Shown: positions 1 through 9,887, counted from the stretch's first letter. The stretch: DNA of 64,000 nt from Candidatus Nanohaloarchaea archaeon (GCA_042218075.1 JBDGRK010000009.1:18136-82135), one strand, 5' to 3'. Program-made: numbers and translations. The notes: a model not told the origin generated them from the letters alone.

Positions 1-243
1 TGAGCCGAAGATGGCAATAACCACGATCTCACCATCTTTAACATCGATGTAAACTCGGTGTCCGGTTTCATCAATATTAAGCTGCCATACCGGATGTTCC
101 AGAAGAGGATTCGACACCAGCTTCAGATCTTCATGACTTAAAGAATTTGAAACTTCCTTTATCTTTGATTTGACTTTCTCCCAATCTTCCCCCTCTATAG
201 ATTCTTTATACCTGAGAGCAGATTCAGAGAGCTTGGTTTTCAT
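1..243 (-). CDS. RelE/ParE-like type II toxin (partial, runs off window start)
   Basis: Manual translation MKTKLSESALRYKESIEGEDWEKVKSKIKEV...HPVWQLNIDETGHRVYIDVKDGEIVVIAIFGS shows a RelE-like pattern; lies directly downstream of an RHH gene; not in the ORF track. Confidence 0.65.
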   Translation of the reverse strand, partial: MKTKLSESALRYKESIEGEDWEKVKSKIKEVSNSLSHEDLKLVSNPLLEHPVWQLNIDETGHRVYIDVKDGEIVVIAIFGS

Positions 244-245
244 GG

Positions 246-461
246 TCAGGCCTCGTCTATATCCACGAGTTCATCCTCATCGTATTCCATCCTCTTGTTC
301 AGCTCTGCAATCGCTCTCGGGCTCAGGGTCTCTGTGTCATCCAGCATCCTCCTGACCGCGTAGCGGATAAAATCAGAGTTCGAAGTGTACTCTCCGCTCT
401 CTACCTTCTCCTCAATCCTCTTCTTCAAAACCTCGGGAATCTCCACACTTGTCGTTGGCAT
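246..461 (-). CDS. Ribbon-helix-helix (CopG/ParD-like) antitoxin
   Basis: TSVEIPEVLKKRIEEKVESGEYTSNSDFIRYAVRRML is a typical RHH/ParD-like N-terminus; acidic C-terminus. Confidence 0.8.
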   Translation of the reverse strand: MPTTSVEIPEVLKKRIEEKVESGEYTSNSDFIRYAVRRMLDDTETLSPRAIAELNKRMEYDEDELVDIDEA

Positions 462-515
462 AGTAACAGTATAGGATTGAAAGTTTAAAAATTTCCATAC
501 GGAGTAGCTAAATTT

Positions 516-1294
516 TCACCAGTTCCTCTCTTCTATCCTGTGAAGCTCAAGTCCTGGAAATTCTTTCTGCAGATGCTCTCCAAGTGCGTAGACACCCCAT
601 TTCTCGCTGGAAGTTTCCTCCATTTCGATGGTGTCCAGGCCTTTTTCATGGATGTAGATATTGGTCGGAAAACCTACATTACCTGTAACAAAGAAATCGG
701 ATCCTTCATCAATGGTTTCCTGAATTATACTGTGGACAGTCCTCCTCCACCCGTTACAATTCCTATCTTTGAGTCCTCAATACCTTCCAGACTGCCGATC
801 AGGTTGTAATCAGGTTCTATTTCCTTTACTCTTCTCTCAAACTCATCCTTTGATACCTCCAGCCTTCCGTATCTTCCATGGTAGCCACCTTGGATGTCCA
901 GGTACTTGCCCTCAACTTTTATTCCAAGCTTTTCAGCGCACCTGACGACCACTCCATAATCATCCGCACAGTCAAGCGGCTGATGTGCGATATACCACGT
1001 GATTCCAGCTTCCTCTATCGCCTCTTTCTTCTGCTCCAGCAGATCCTTATCGAACCGTTCCCATCCTCCATGATGAACAATCACGAGATCGCAGTTTTTA
1101 TCTTCCGCTGCTTCAATATTCTCGAAGGTGGTATTCGTGCAGAGACCTATCTTCTCAACTTCTCCAGAACCTTCCGTCCATGCACCGTTGAAGTCCGTGT
1201 CCTCTTGTTGGTTGAAATGCTCAGTATTCAACTCCCGATCAAGAAAATCCAGTATCTTATCTCTCCCGACCATAAAACTAGCATAGTGGCTCAC
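516..1294 (-). pseudogene. Nif3/YbgI-like dinuclear metal-centre protein, frameshifted near 725-735
   Basis: Has DLVIVHHG, YIAHQPLD and KIGIVTGGGG motifs; after TAA at 725-727 the C-terminus (SIIQETIDEGSDFFVTGNV...SEKWGVYALGEHL...EERNW*) continues in the -1 frame to TGA at 516-518. Confidence 0.75.
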
Positions 1295-1369
1295 AATAAA
1301 AACAGTTATTGCCTTTATTGGTCATAAACAGATAGAAAAGAAAATGGAAAAGTTGGATCGCAAGAGACT

Positions 1370-1537
1370 TTACACGTCTCTTGCCTTGACTGTCCTGCGT
1401 CCGTTTTCTTCCGCTCTCTCTACTGCCCTGTCGATCATGTCCTGTACTCTGTCGTCTAGAGCATCGTAGAAGTCGGAGCCCACGTTGACTCCGGAAGCGG
1501 CGTCACGGACGCCTGATTTTTTAAGTACATCTACCAT
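1370..1537 (-). CDS. Minimal histone-fold protein (55 aa, DUF1931-like/face-to-face type)
   Basis: Manual translation MVDVLKKSGVRDAASGVNVGSDFYDALDDRVQDMIDRAVERAEENGRRTVKARDV; RxTVxxxD histone motif; below the ORF-track cutoff. Confidence 0.9.
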   Translation of the reverse strand: MVDVLKKSGVRDAASGVNVGSDFYDALDDRVQDMIDRAVERAEENGRRTVKARDV

Positions 1538-1670
1538 GGTAATCAACCATTACCGTATTGGCTGTCGGCTTTTTTATACATGTGGGCTTTAACCCTTCAA
1601 AAAGACTTAAATAGGAGCCAGTGAAGCAGTATTTTACTACAGATGTGTGAAAAAGGGGTTAAGGCGGTTT

Positions 1671-2522
1671 TTAAAGCCTGCGCTTGAGCCTCAACACCAA
1701 TCTATAGAGCAGGTAAATAGCCGCGAAAGGAACTATGTAGGCTCCTCCAACTATCATGAGTCTTATGCCCTTGAATAAACCCCTGTAGGCATCCGAAAAA
1801 GTTTCCCTGAGGTCGAACCTTGACTGGAAGCCCTGGGGTCCTTCCAAATCTATATAAAATCTCGAGTACTGGACATCCTCTTTTAGCTCTTCGAACCTCT
1901 GCGTCTTGTAGTCAAGCCGGCTTCTTATCTCTGACATCCTCTCCTGAAGCTTTATCAGCGTTTTAACCTTTTTAGTTCGGTTCATTAGTTCTTCCAGCCT
2001 TCTCTGCTCCTTCCTTAAACTCTCTATCTCCGCCTCCAGCTCGCTGTAGGAATCAGAAACATCTCTTCTATCCACATTTTTCGAACGGATTTTCCATCTC
2101 TCCAGATTCTTCTCGAATTCGGAAAGATTGCTGTCAGGTACTTTGACTGTCATGCTTCCACGGTTCTCCCGATCCCTTTCAATCGAGCTTGACTCCACGA
2201 AGCCTCCGTAATCCTCAACAGCTGAACTTATTTTTTCCATAGAAGACTCAACATCACCCACCTTCAGAGTCGCACGCACGGTCGTAACAATCTTTTCTCC
2301 GGATGGAGATGCTGAATCACTCTGCTTTTCCCGACCTCCAGAGCCTGATAGAGCCACAGCATCCCTATCGGAGCTGTACTCCCTTGCATCTCCTGAAGCT
2401 GCCTGGGACATTCCTGAAAAAGAGGATGCAATTAATCCAGCTGCCAGGACTACAGCAAGTAATCCAAAAATTCTGAATCTTCTGTCCATCTCCTGAAATT
2501 TCTTTTTTACTTTCATACCCAT
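1671..2522 (-). CDS. DUF4349 domain membrane protein
   Basis: N-terminal TM helix, YGGFVESS and MTVKVP segments, DVSDSY coiled coil, C-terminal TM; start codon uncertain. Confidence 0.8.
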   Translation of the reverse strand: MGMKVKKKFQEMDRRFRIFGLLAVVLAAGLIASSFSGMSQAASGDAREYSSDRDAVALSGSGGREKQSDSASPSGEKIVTTVRATLKVGDVESSMEKISSAVEDYGGFVESSSIERDRENRGSMTVKVPDSNLSEFEKNLERWKIRSKNVDRRDVSDSYSELEAEIESLRKEQRRLEELMNRTKKVKTLIKLQERMSEIRSRLDYKTQRFEELKEDVQYSRFYIDLEGPQGFQSRFDLRETFSDAYRGLFKGIRLMIVGGAYIVPFAAIYLLYRLVLRLKRRL

Positions 2523-2559
2523 CATATGCAGTTGCTCCGCTTTAAAAACATGAGGAGAC

Positions 2560-2577
2560 GTTCGATCCAAGTCGAAC
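2560..2577. promoter_or_regulatory. Palindromic operator GTTCGA-N6-TCGAAC between divergent promoters
   Basis: Perfect inverted repeat between TTTAAAAA TATA-like boxes (2541-2548 and 2590-2597) serving the DUF4349 and ArsR genes. Confidence 0.55.
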
Positions 2578-2621
2578 ATGTCTGGAAAGTTTAAAAATAG
2601 ATTACCAAGAAAAAACATTCC

Positions 2622-3158
2622 ATGGAACTTGACTTCAAATCGGTTAGGGCACTTTCATCCCCAACCAGGGTGAAGATTCTTAACCAGGTAATGGATAAAG
2701 AAGCGACGCCAACAAGACTGAGTGAAGAGCTGGGGAAAAGCAAGTCCACGATTTCCTCGCACCTGGATAAGCTGGTTGAAGCGGGTTTGATCGATAAAGA
2801 TGAGGAAGAAGGCAGGAAGAGAGTGGTTTACAACCCGACCAGGAAGGCGGATGCTATAGTAAAGGGAAAGGAGAGGAAGGTCAAGTTCACTCTTGCATCT
2901 TCGGTGGTCTCAATGTTGGCAGGCCTGGCGCTTGTAGGAGGTTGGACTAGGGAGAAACTTGGTGGATCTGGCGCGGCAGATCCCAATGCTGCGATGACAG
3001 CGACAGAGTTCGCAGCTGGATCAGCGAAAAACACCGGGCAGTCATCCGAGCTGGTAAACTTTTCACCCGAGATTTTTCTTATCGCGGGAATCTTATTCCT
3101 TGGGATATCTGTTATCAGCTTTCTCTACGGTATCACCGTGAGAAAAATTTCAAGGTAA
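2622..3158 (+). CDS. ArsR-family wHTH regulator with two C-terminal TM helices
   Basis: ALSSPTRVKIL...LSEELGKSKSTISSHLDKLVEAGLI; two hydrophobic segments. Confidence 0.85.
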   Translation: MELDFKSVRALSSPTRVKILNQVMDKEATPTRLSEELGKSKSTISSHLDKLVEAGLIDKDEEEGRKRVVYNPTRKADAIVKGKERKVKFTLASSVVSMLAGLALVGGWTREKLGGSGAADPNAAMTATEFAAGSAKNTGQSSELVNFSPEIFLIAGILFLGISVISFLYGITVRKISR

Positions 3159-3174
3159 AAAAAATCGGTAGATA

Positions 3175-3456
3175 TTGGAGTTTTCAAGGCTGAATAAGAA
3201 GAGGGGTGCAGTCGTTAAAGTATCTTCAAATTACGATAACATACTTGAGGAACTTGATCCGGATTATGAAGTAGAAAAAATAGATGAGAAAGGAGGAACA
3301 GGCGCAAGATTACTGAGGTTAAGGGATGCACTGGATCAAGAAAAAAATATAGCATCGATAGAGCGTTTAGATAGGTTTGAAACCGTGTTACCTTACAGGG
3401 TTGCCTCGAGGCAACTGAGAAATTCAAGAAAAGTTGCGGATTCGGGAATATTTTAG
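3175..3456 (+). CDS. Hypothetical protein
   Basis: ORF fills the gap; no recognised motif. Confidence 0.4.
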   Translation: MEFSRLNKKRGAVVKVSSNYDNILEELDPDYEVEKIDEKGGTGARLLRLRDALDQEKNIASIERLDRFETVLPYRVASRQLRNSRKVADSGIF

Positions 3457-3538
3457 AACACTCACAAGTTATTAAACGTTCAACAAATATAATTAAGTAG
3501 AAAACAATCTTTCACAATCTGGATCAAGTGCAAAAAAG

Positions 3539-3988
3539 ATGTCATCATGCGAATTATGCGGTAGAGACGTAGATTCTTTAAAAAAAGTTAAAATCGAAGG
3601 AGCGACTCTCAGCGTATGTGACAACTGCTCGGATATGGGAGAGCAAGTCAGCAAGACCAGCAGGAAGAGGTCACAGAGTACTTCTAGGTCGAAGAAAAGA
3701 AGCAGTGAAGAGATACTTATAAACAACTACGGCGAGAAACTGAAGAAGGCCAGGGAGTCGAAGCAGCTTTCGATAAAAGAGGTTGCCGAGGACCTGAACG
3801 AGAAGGAGTCACTGATCTCCAAGATTGAGAAGGAACAGCTGAAGCCCGACAAGCCGCTGGCAAGGAAGCTGGGAAAGAAGTTCGAACTTACACTTTACAC
3901 AAATCCCGAGGTTAACGACTATTCGAGCCAGTCGGAAACAAGTAACAGGAAGGCTACAGTCGGAGATGTCGCGGAGATAAACGATTAG
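3539..3988 (+). CDS. mbf1: Archaeal multiprotein bridging factor aMBF1
   Basis: CELCG...IEGATLSVCDNC zinc ribbon plus HTH (LNEKESLISKIE), TVGD tail. Confidence 0.92.
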   Translation: MSSCELCGRDVDSLKKVKIEGATLSVCDNCSDMGEQVSKTSRKRSQSTSRSKKRSSEEILINNYGEKLKKARESKQLSIKEVAEDLNEKESLISKIEKEQLKPDKPLARKLGKKFELTLYTNPEVNDYSSQSETSNRKATVGDVAEIND

Positions 3989-4455
3989 GAAATCTTGAAC
4001 TCGCCGTCAAGCACTAGATGCGACACCGTTCCAAGGAAGATTGCGATACCGGGCATAGATGACCCCAAGAATAGAACCGAGGCTATTGCGGTGATTGAAG
4101 CTGAGATAGCTGCAAACGAGAACGAGTGGGCGAAACCCCTGTGCCTGAAATTTATCGATCTGAATGTAATATAGACAGTGAGGAATCCCAAAACGCCCAA
4201 CAGAAATTTTTTCTCGAGCGAAACCTGAACTGTTGTAAAGAGAAAAGCTCCAAGAGATATTGCTGCAAGAGCTCTAACAGACCTGTGGATGTAAGAATTT
4301 TCGTGATCAATATCCGGCAGTATCGATCCCGCCGCCAGCGCTATAGAACCCGCGAAAGATTCGAGAAAGCCTAAAGAAAGAAAATCCTGCGCCAGATAGA
4401 TCAGGATAATTCCGGACATGAAACCAAAGAGAACGTGTTCGGAGAAATCACCCAT
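3985..4455 (-). CDS. Membrane metal-dependent hydrolase (YdjM-like)
   Basis: GSILPDIDH, HRGFAHS and SHLVLD motifs. Confidence 0.85.
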   Translation of the reverse strand: MGDFSEHVLFGFMSGIILIYLAQDFLSLGFLESFAGSIALAAGSILPDIDHENSYIHRSVRALAAISLGAFLFTTVQVSLEKKFLLGVLGFLTVYITFRSINFRHRGFAHSFSFAAISASITAIASVLFLGSSMPGIAIFLGTVSHLVLDGEFKIS

Positions 4456-4459
4456 CAGA

Positions 4460-5329
4460 TCACTCTTCCATCTCGCCGTTACAGACCGCTCTCAGACCGT
4501 GCAAAACAGCTTCTTCCTCTAGAGAACATTTTTCTATAGATGGAATCCTGTTGACCACTTTATCCTCCAAATCGGTCTCAAGCGGATCAACTACTTTCCC
4601 GGGATGGTTCAGGGCGACAGCTCCACCCAAAACTATCTTACCGGGGTTGTATAGATCCACAAGATTAGCAAAAGCCCTCGCATTCATCTCCCTCATCTGC
4701 TCCAGGGTTTCCATGGCAGCTTTATCCTCTTCATCTGCCATATCGAAAAGCTCCCTCGCATCATGAAAGCTTTCACCTGTTAGATGCTTGGCCAGTCTCG
4801 GGAGATTGTTCCCGGAGCAGTATGCCTCCCAGTGACCGTAGCATCCGCAGCCACACTCCAGACCGTTCTCCGCAACCTGCATGTGACCAACCTCGCCAAA
4901 GTTGCCGTTCCAGCCCTCTATAACATTTCCATCCACTACAACACCGGCACCTATTCCGGTTGAAATGGTCACGTAAACCAGGTTCTCACAATCATGGTCG
5001 CCGTAAAAGTATTCGCCTATTACTGCTGATGTGCAGTCATTCACAATACTGACATCACCGAACTCCTCCAGGGGATCACCGATCTGGACCTCATCAATCG
5101 GAATGTTGGGAGGATAGAAAACTCCTTCATCCCTGTCAATCGGTCCCGCTGCTGCAACTGCCACACGGTCGATAGATTCAATTTTTTCAGCTGAAAGATT
5201 TCCTTCGAGGCAGGAACCTATATCCTCCAGAAAATCCTTCGACTTGACCATCTGTACAATTTCAAAGTCGCCGTTCCCCACCCCTATCAACGTATTTGTC
5301 GCACCCACGTCAACGCAGAGGAACGCCAT
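4460..5329 (-). CDS. ROK family sugar kinase (glucokinase)
   Basis: VDVGATN, VNDCTSAVIGE, TISTGIGAG, GEVGH and CGCGCYGHWEAYCSG motifs. Confidence 0.92.
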   Translation of the reverse strand: MAFLCVDVGATNTLIGVGNGDFEIVQMVKSKDFLEDIGSCLEGNLSAEKIESIDRVAVAAAGPIDRDEGVFYPPNIPIDEVQIGDPLEEFGDVSIVNDCTSAVIGEYFYGDHDCENLVYVTISTGIGAGVVVDGNVIEGWNGNFGEVGHMQVAENGLECGCGCYGHWEAYCSGNNLPRLAKHLTGESFHDARELFDMADEEDKAAMETLEQMREMNARAFANLVDLYNPGKIVLGGAVALNHPGKVVDPLETDLEDKVVNRIPSIEKCSLEEEAVLHGLRAVCNGEMEE

Positions 5330-5632
5330 ACGATAGATCAGAATGGAGAGTTTTAATAAATTTCTCTGGATGCCAGGCCAATCTTTAGACAAGAGATAAT
5401 CAAAACCGGAATATTCCAGAAAGGCCTGGTCTCAGCGAGATCATATACTGATAACGAGGATGATACAGCTACGGAAGCTATGCTAACAATACTGGAAGGT
5501 CAGAGAAAAATTCAGGAGATGGAAGATTTACTATAGCGGTAGGTAAATTAATTCTCCCACGGCAGTCCCACAGCGATTTAAAAGTTTTCGCTCCAGAGTA
5601 GTGAACACACGCCACGTGATTCACAATGAAAG

Positions 5633-5966
5633 GTGACTGCGTTCACAACGGAAAAAGATTCAAATGATCAAAATCTTCTAGACAGCTCCAGCTTTACCGA
5701 TTCAGGACTTCCGGGAAAGGAAGTCCAGTGCGTTCACGTTTTCCGCAAAGGTTGACTCAAAGAGAAGGATAACTGTACCCGCGAGAATCAGGGACAGGCT
5801 CGGACTTGAGAAAGGAGACAAAGTCTGCCTCTCGATTGATTCCCGGAAAGTGATCAGGAAAGAAGTAGAAGATAGAGAGGAAGCTATCGAATTCATCCAG
5901 CAGCAGGATTCAGTCAGGAGTTTCAGCTTCAGAGATGGAGTGGTCGAGGTGGTGCTGGATGGGTGA
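5633..5966 (+). pseudogene. AbrB/MazE/SpoVT DNA-binding protein interrupted by a 91-bp insertion
   Basis: 5733-5966 reads FTFSAKVDSKRRITVPARIRDRLGLEKGDKV...VLDG* with no in-frame start; removing 91 bp between the TGCGTTCAC repeats fuses it to GTG at 5633 (MTAFTFSAKVD...). Confidence 0.65.
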
Positions 5967-6771
5967 AAAGGACTACCTAGTTACTGATGATGTAGTTGAG
6001 ACACTAACCAATAGATACGGTTTTGATCTCAGCTACCAGCAGAGAGATGAAATCCAGGAAGCAACTGAGTTTGCGCTGGAAGAAGGAATGCCTGAAGTCA
6101 TCCCGGATAACATGGATTTGACAGTCCTCGACGCAGAGGAGCTGATTCAGTGGGCGGAATCCGAACTTGAAGATAAATACCTTCTGATCAGTATTGACGG
6201 CACCTATTATCCTGGAGGAAACTATGAGGGACTGGAAGTTGTGGAGCTTGGGCTGACGAGAGAGACAGAACCCGATACCGGAGAATACTGGGTTAGATCA
6301 AGGGATCCAACTACCAGTTTCAAAGACGCGGTAGAGAGCATAGCAACAGATTATGAGTTTGTCCAGGTTTTCGATGGAGGGGCATTCACTGGCGGGACAA
6401 TCAACCGAGTTACAGGAGAATTGAAGAACAGCGGAGTTGAAATTGAGAAAGCGGTCGTTCCAGTGGCTAACACAGATGCCGATATAGAGACGGATCGAGT
6501 TAGCATCTACAGGCGCTTTGACTTCGGGGACTGGCTGGAAGCGAGAGACATAGCTGCGATTGATGGAAGAAAAGTCCCCAGACAAGACAGGAAAGATCAG
6601 CCGAGAACTTTCATACCCTACTGGGAGGACCCGCAGGAAATGGCCTCTATCGGGGAAAAAGATCCTTCAAAGGCTGAAGATTTCGAGGAGCTGAGCCGTA
6701 GCCTGAATTCCGAAATTCAGGAGATAATCGGAGAGGAGGTGGGAAACCGTGTCGAGGCAGAATGGGATTGA
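5959..6771 (+). CDS. Phosphoribosyltransferase-like protein
   Basis: VQVFDGGAFTGGTI resembles a degenerate PRPP-binding loop. Confidence 0.5.
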   Translation: MGEKDYLVTDDVVETLTNRYGFDLSYQQRDEIQEATEFALEEGMPEVIPDNMDLTVLDAEELIQWAESELEDKYLLISIDGTYYPGGNYEGLEVVELGLTRETEPDTGEYWVRSRDPTTSFKDAVESIATDYEFVQVFDGGAFTGGTINRVTGELKNSGVEIEKAVVPVANTDADIETDRVSIYRRFDFGDWLEARDIAAIDGRKVPRQDRKDQPRTFIPYWEDPQEMASIGEKDPSKAEDFEELSRSLNSEIQEIIGEEVGNRVEAEWD

Positions 6772-7402
6772 CCTCTCCGATTACCGTCTCCTTATCTTCG
6801 ATATGGATGGTACACTTTACAGTCGGGAGGCCGAAAGCTTCGAAGAATCTTCTCTGGGGAAGAAAGTAAGATCCAGTAAGAGAAAGTTTCTGGAAGAAAG
6901 AGGTATGGAACCTGGTAAAGTTCTGCCCGAACTCAGGAAAAAGTATGGAAGAGAAACAAGTATCGGTCTGGAAGAGCAGTACGGGATTCCAAGAGATCTA
7001 TACTTCAGGAAAGTGTGGGGAAGGCTGAAAGCTTCAGAGCATGTTGGAAATTATCCTGAAAACCTTGAAAGGAGAATGGAATCACTCGATCCCGAGGTTG
7101 CTCTGCTGACCAATGCACCGCGACAGTGGGCTACGAAGGTCATGGAATACCTGGAAATTACAGAACAGGTGGACGCAGCTTTCTACGGTAATAGAAAACC
7201 CAAACCCCAGATTGAAGCATTTCAAGAGGTCCTGGATAGTTTCGAGACCTTTCCGGAGAACGCGATGATGATAGGTGATGAAGAGATCGATATCCAGCCT
7301 GCAGAGAAGATCGGGATGGAAACCGTTTTGATAGCTTCAAGTAGAAAAGGCGGGAGTTCTTTCACAGGTTTAGAAGAATTCTTCGAGGCGGTCAAAGGAT
7401 GA
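6749..7402 (+). CDS. HAD family hydrolase (nucleotidase-like)
   Basis: IFDMDGTLY, LLTNA, KPKP and MIGDEEIDI motifs. Confidence 0.88.
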   Translation: MSRQNGIDLSDYRLLIFDMDGTLYSREAESFEESSLGKKVRSSKRKFLEERGMEPGKVLPELRKKYGRETSIGLEEQYGIPRDLYFRKVWGRLKASEHVGNYPENLERRMESLDPEVALLTNAPRQWATKVMEYLEITEQVDAAFYGNRKPKPQIEAFQEVLDSFETFPENAMMIGDEEIDIQPAEKIGMETVLIASSRKGGSSFTGLEEFFEAVKG

Positions 7403-8307
7403 AAAAACTTGTTATCGACACGGATCCGGGCGTGGATGATGCTCTTGCAATAATCTACGCGAGCCAGAAAACTGAAATAGAAGCCATCACTACAGTTTGC
7501 GGTAACGTTGGACAGTCTCAGGCTCTGAGAAACGCCAATTTTCTGAGAGAACTGCTTGATCTCGAGACTGAAGTTTGCAGGGGATCTGAAAAACCTATAG
7601 AAAGAGACCTCGACAAACCTTCCTCCCATGGAAAAGCCGGGCTGGGAAACAGTACGCCTAGAAAGGATTACGAGCGAAGCAGCGGTGAAGCTGTCGAAAG
7701 GATTGTTTCCATGGCAGATCCAGACAGAGAACTTGTTGCTCTGGGGCCTTTAACCAACATCTGCAAAGCTGTGAAGAGAGAACCCGGAATACTTACTGAA
7801 TACGGCTCTTTCACACTTATGGGTGGCGCCATCAGGACGGCCGGCAACATAAACAGGGTGGCGGAATACAACTTCTGGGCTGATCCGGAAGCAGCTGATA
7901 AAACCCTTAGAGACTCCGGATATTCACGGATAGTTCCGGTCAACCTCTGCAGAAAGACTTGCCTCGACCTGGAGTTTATGTCTGAATTGCCCCAGGAATT
8001 GAGAGAGATTTCCGAACCCTACATTCGCTATTACAGGCAGAAGAAAAATAAGAAGGGTGGAGTGATGTATGACCCGCTCACAGTTGGCCTGGCTTTAAAC
8101 CCGGAACTGGGCGCCAGGGAGAGGTTAGATATCAGGGTTGAAACCAGGGGTAAATACACGAGAGGTATGGCAGTTACCGAGCAAAGAGATAGTGAGAAGG
8201 AGGAAAACTGTGAAGTATTCACTGGTGCGGAAACCGATAAGATACAGGGAGATTTCCAAGATTGTTTAAAATCAGCATCCGAAGATTTCAATAAGAGCAT
8301 AAAATGA
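7399..8307 (+). CDS. Nucleoside hydrolase (IU-NH family)
   Basis: IDTDPGVDDALA, LGPLTN, MGG, AEYNFWADPEAA and YDP motifs. Confidence 0.93.
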   Translation: MKKLVIDTDPGVDDALAIIYASQKTEIEAITTVCGNVGQSQALRNANFLRELLDLETEVCRGSEKPIERDLDKPSSHGKAGLGNSTPRKDYERSSGEAVERIVSMADPDRELVALGPLTNICKAVKREPGILTEYGSFTLMGGAIRTAGNINRVAEYNFWADPEAADKTLRDSGYSRIVPVNLCRKTCLDLEFMSELPQELREISEPYIRYYRQKKNKKGGVMYDPLTVGLALNPELGARERLDIRVETRGKYTRGMAVTEQRDSEKEENCEVFTGAETDKIQGDFQDCLKSASEDFNKSIK

Positions 8308-9593
8308 CAGAGATAAACCTCGACTCACTCAAAGGAATGTACGACCGCTATCCTGAAGAGTGGAAGACCTGGAAGTATATTATGGAAGTGGTTGAGGAGA
8401 CTGCGGAAGAGTTCGGCTTCCGGGAGATCGATTTTCCGAACGTCGAGAGACAGGAGCTCTGGACTTCCAAGGAGAGCAACGAGATTCTGGATCAGATGTA
8501 CGCCTTCGAGGATAGGGGTGGAGAGAAAGTTACGCTTGTGCCTGAGCAGACACCCAGCAAGGCGAGGCTGATCCAGAAGAGAAAGAACCTGAAGAAGCCG
8601 GTGAAGTGGATGTGCACCTCTAGAGCCTATAGATACGAGGAGGTGAAGAGAGGTCGCGACAGGGAGTTCAGGCAGTCCGACTTCGATATCTTTGGAGTGG
8701 AGTCAGTGGAGGCAGACGCAGAGATAATAGCGGTCGCAGCCACGGTATTCAAAAAACTGGGCCTGGAGGACAGAGTGGACTTCAGGATGAATGATCGCCA
8801 GCTCCTGGAATCGCTGCTTGAATCCCAGGGTATAGAGAAGACCGAGGAAGCGATGAAAGTAATAGATGACAGGGAGAAGATGAATAGGCAAGAATTCCTT
8901 GAAGACCTGATGGATAGAGGATTATCGAAGGAGGAAGCTGAAAAAGTGGAGGAAGTCACGGATATCTCCGGTCCGATAAACGAGAAGATTGAGGAACTCA
9001 GGCAAAAGGCGCCTGAAGAGGTTGAGGAATCCGTTGAAAGGATGGAGAGTCTTGCAGAGGCGCTGGAATCCTACGGAGTCGCTGAGATGTGCAGGATTGA
9101 TTTATCGATCGTCAGAGGTCTGGCATACTACACAGGACTTGTATTCGAGGCTTTCGATTCAGAAGGAGAGCTGCGAGCACTCTTCGGAGGAGGCCGCTAC
9201 GACAACCTTGTCGGAGAGTTTGGGGAACAGGATATTCCTGCAATAGGTTTTGGTTTCGGTTACTCTCCGACAATCGAGCTGCTGAAGAGAGAGGATCGAT
9301 ACCCTCTGAAAGAGATACAGACGGATGTATACGTTCTGTCGGTCAGCGAATCGGTGAGAGACACTGCCCTCGACTTCGCAACCAGGTTGAGGCGGAAAGG
9401 GCTAACAGTGGAGACCGATCTATCCGGAAGAAGTTTCGGTGAACAGCTGGAGTACGCTGATGCGATGAATGCGGAAAAAGTTCTGATCGTGGGTGAGAGA
9501 GACCTGGAGAATGATGAAGTAACTCTTAAAGACATGGAGACCGGCGAGGAAGAAAAAGTGGATAGAGAGAAAGCAATCAAGAGGCTGGAATAG
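8304..9593 (+). CDS. hisS: Histidyl-tRNA synthetase
   Basis: GRDREFRQSDFDIFG, IVRGLAYYTG and GGGRYD motifs; anticodon-binding domain. Confidence 0.97.
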   Translation: MTEINLDSLKGMYDRYPEEWKTWKYIMEVVEETAEEFGFREIDFPNVERQELWTSKESNEILDQMYAFEDRGGEKVTLVPEQTPSKARLIQKRKNLKKPVKWMCTSRAYRYEEVKRGRDREFRQSDFDIFGVESVEADAEIIAVAATVFKKLGLEDRVDFRMNDRQLLESLLESQGIEKTEEAMKVIDDREKMNRQEFLEDLMDRGLSKEEAEKVEEVTDISGPINEKIEELRQKAPEEVEESVERMESLAEALESYGVAEMCRIDLSIVRGLAYYTGLVFEAFDSEGELRALFGGGRYDNLVGEFGEQDIPAIGFGFGYSPTIELLKREDRYPLKEIQTDVYVLSVSESVRDTALDFATRLRRKGLTVETDLSGRSFGEQLEYADAMNAEKVLIVGERDLENDEVTLKDMETGEEEKVDREKAIKRLE

Positions 9594-9602
9594 ATTTCGG
9601 CC

Positions 9603-9878
9603 CTAAGTTGCCTCCAGAAATTTATCTCCCAACTCAATATTCATGGCATTCGCAAGGCTCTGGTAGTCCTCGGCAATTGAATCTGCATTATCCTGACTGT
9701 AAAACATATAGGCCACAACTATATCTTCCAGATTTACTTTCTCCCTAGTCGCGTAATCTATCGCAGCTGAAAGATCTCCTTTGCCCGAGTTGTAGGCCTC
9801 ATCGAGTTCCCTGAAAACAAATTCCAGGCCACTATACTCTAGGGAGGTTTTTTGATCCACAAATACAATTATCTGCAA
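9603..9878 (-). CDS. Hypothetical protein
   Basis: Acidic ORF in a minus-strand run. Confidence 0.45.
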   Translation of the reverse strand: MQIIVFVDQKTSLEYSGLEFVFRELDEAYNSGKGDLSAAIDYATREKVNLEDIVVAYMFYSQDNADSIAEDYQSLANAMNIELGDKFLEAT

Positions 9879-9887
9879 AAATTTAAA

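Noticed and set aside
5360-5536. Start-less open frame upstream of the AbrB locus
   Set aside because: No credible start or motif; cannot be supported as a gene.
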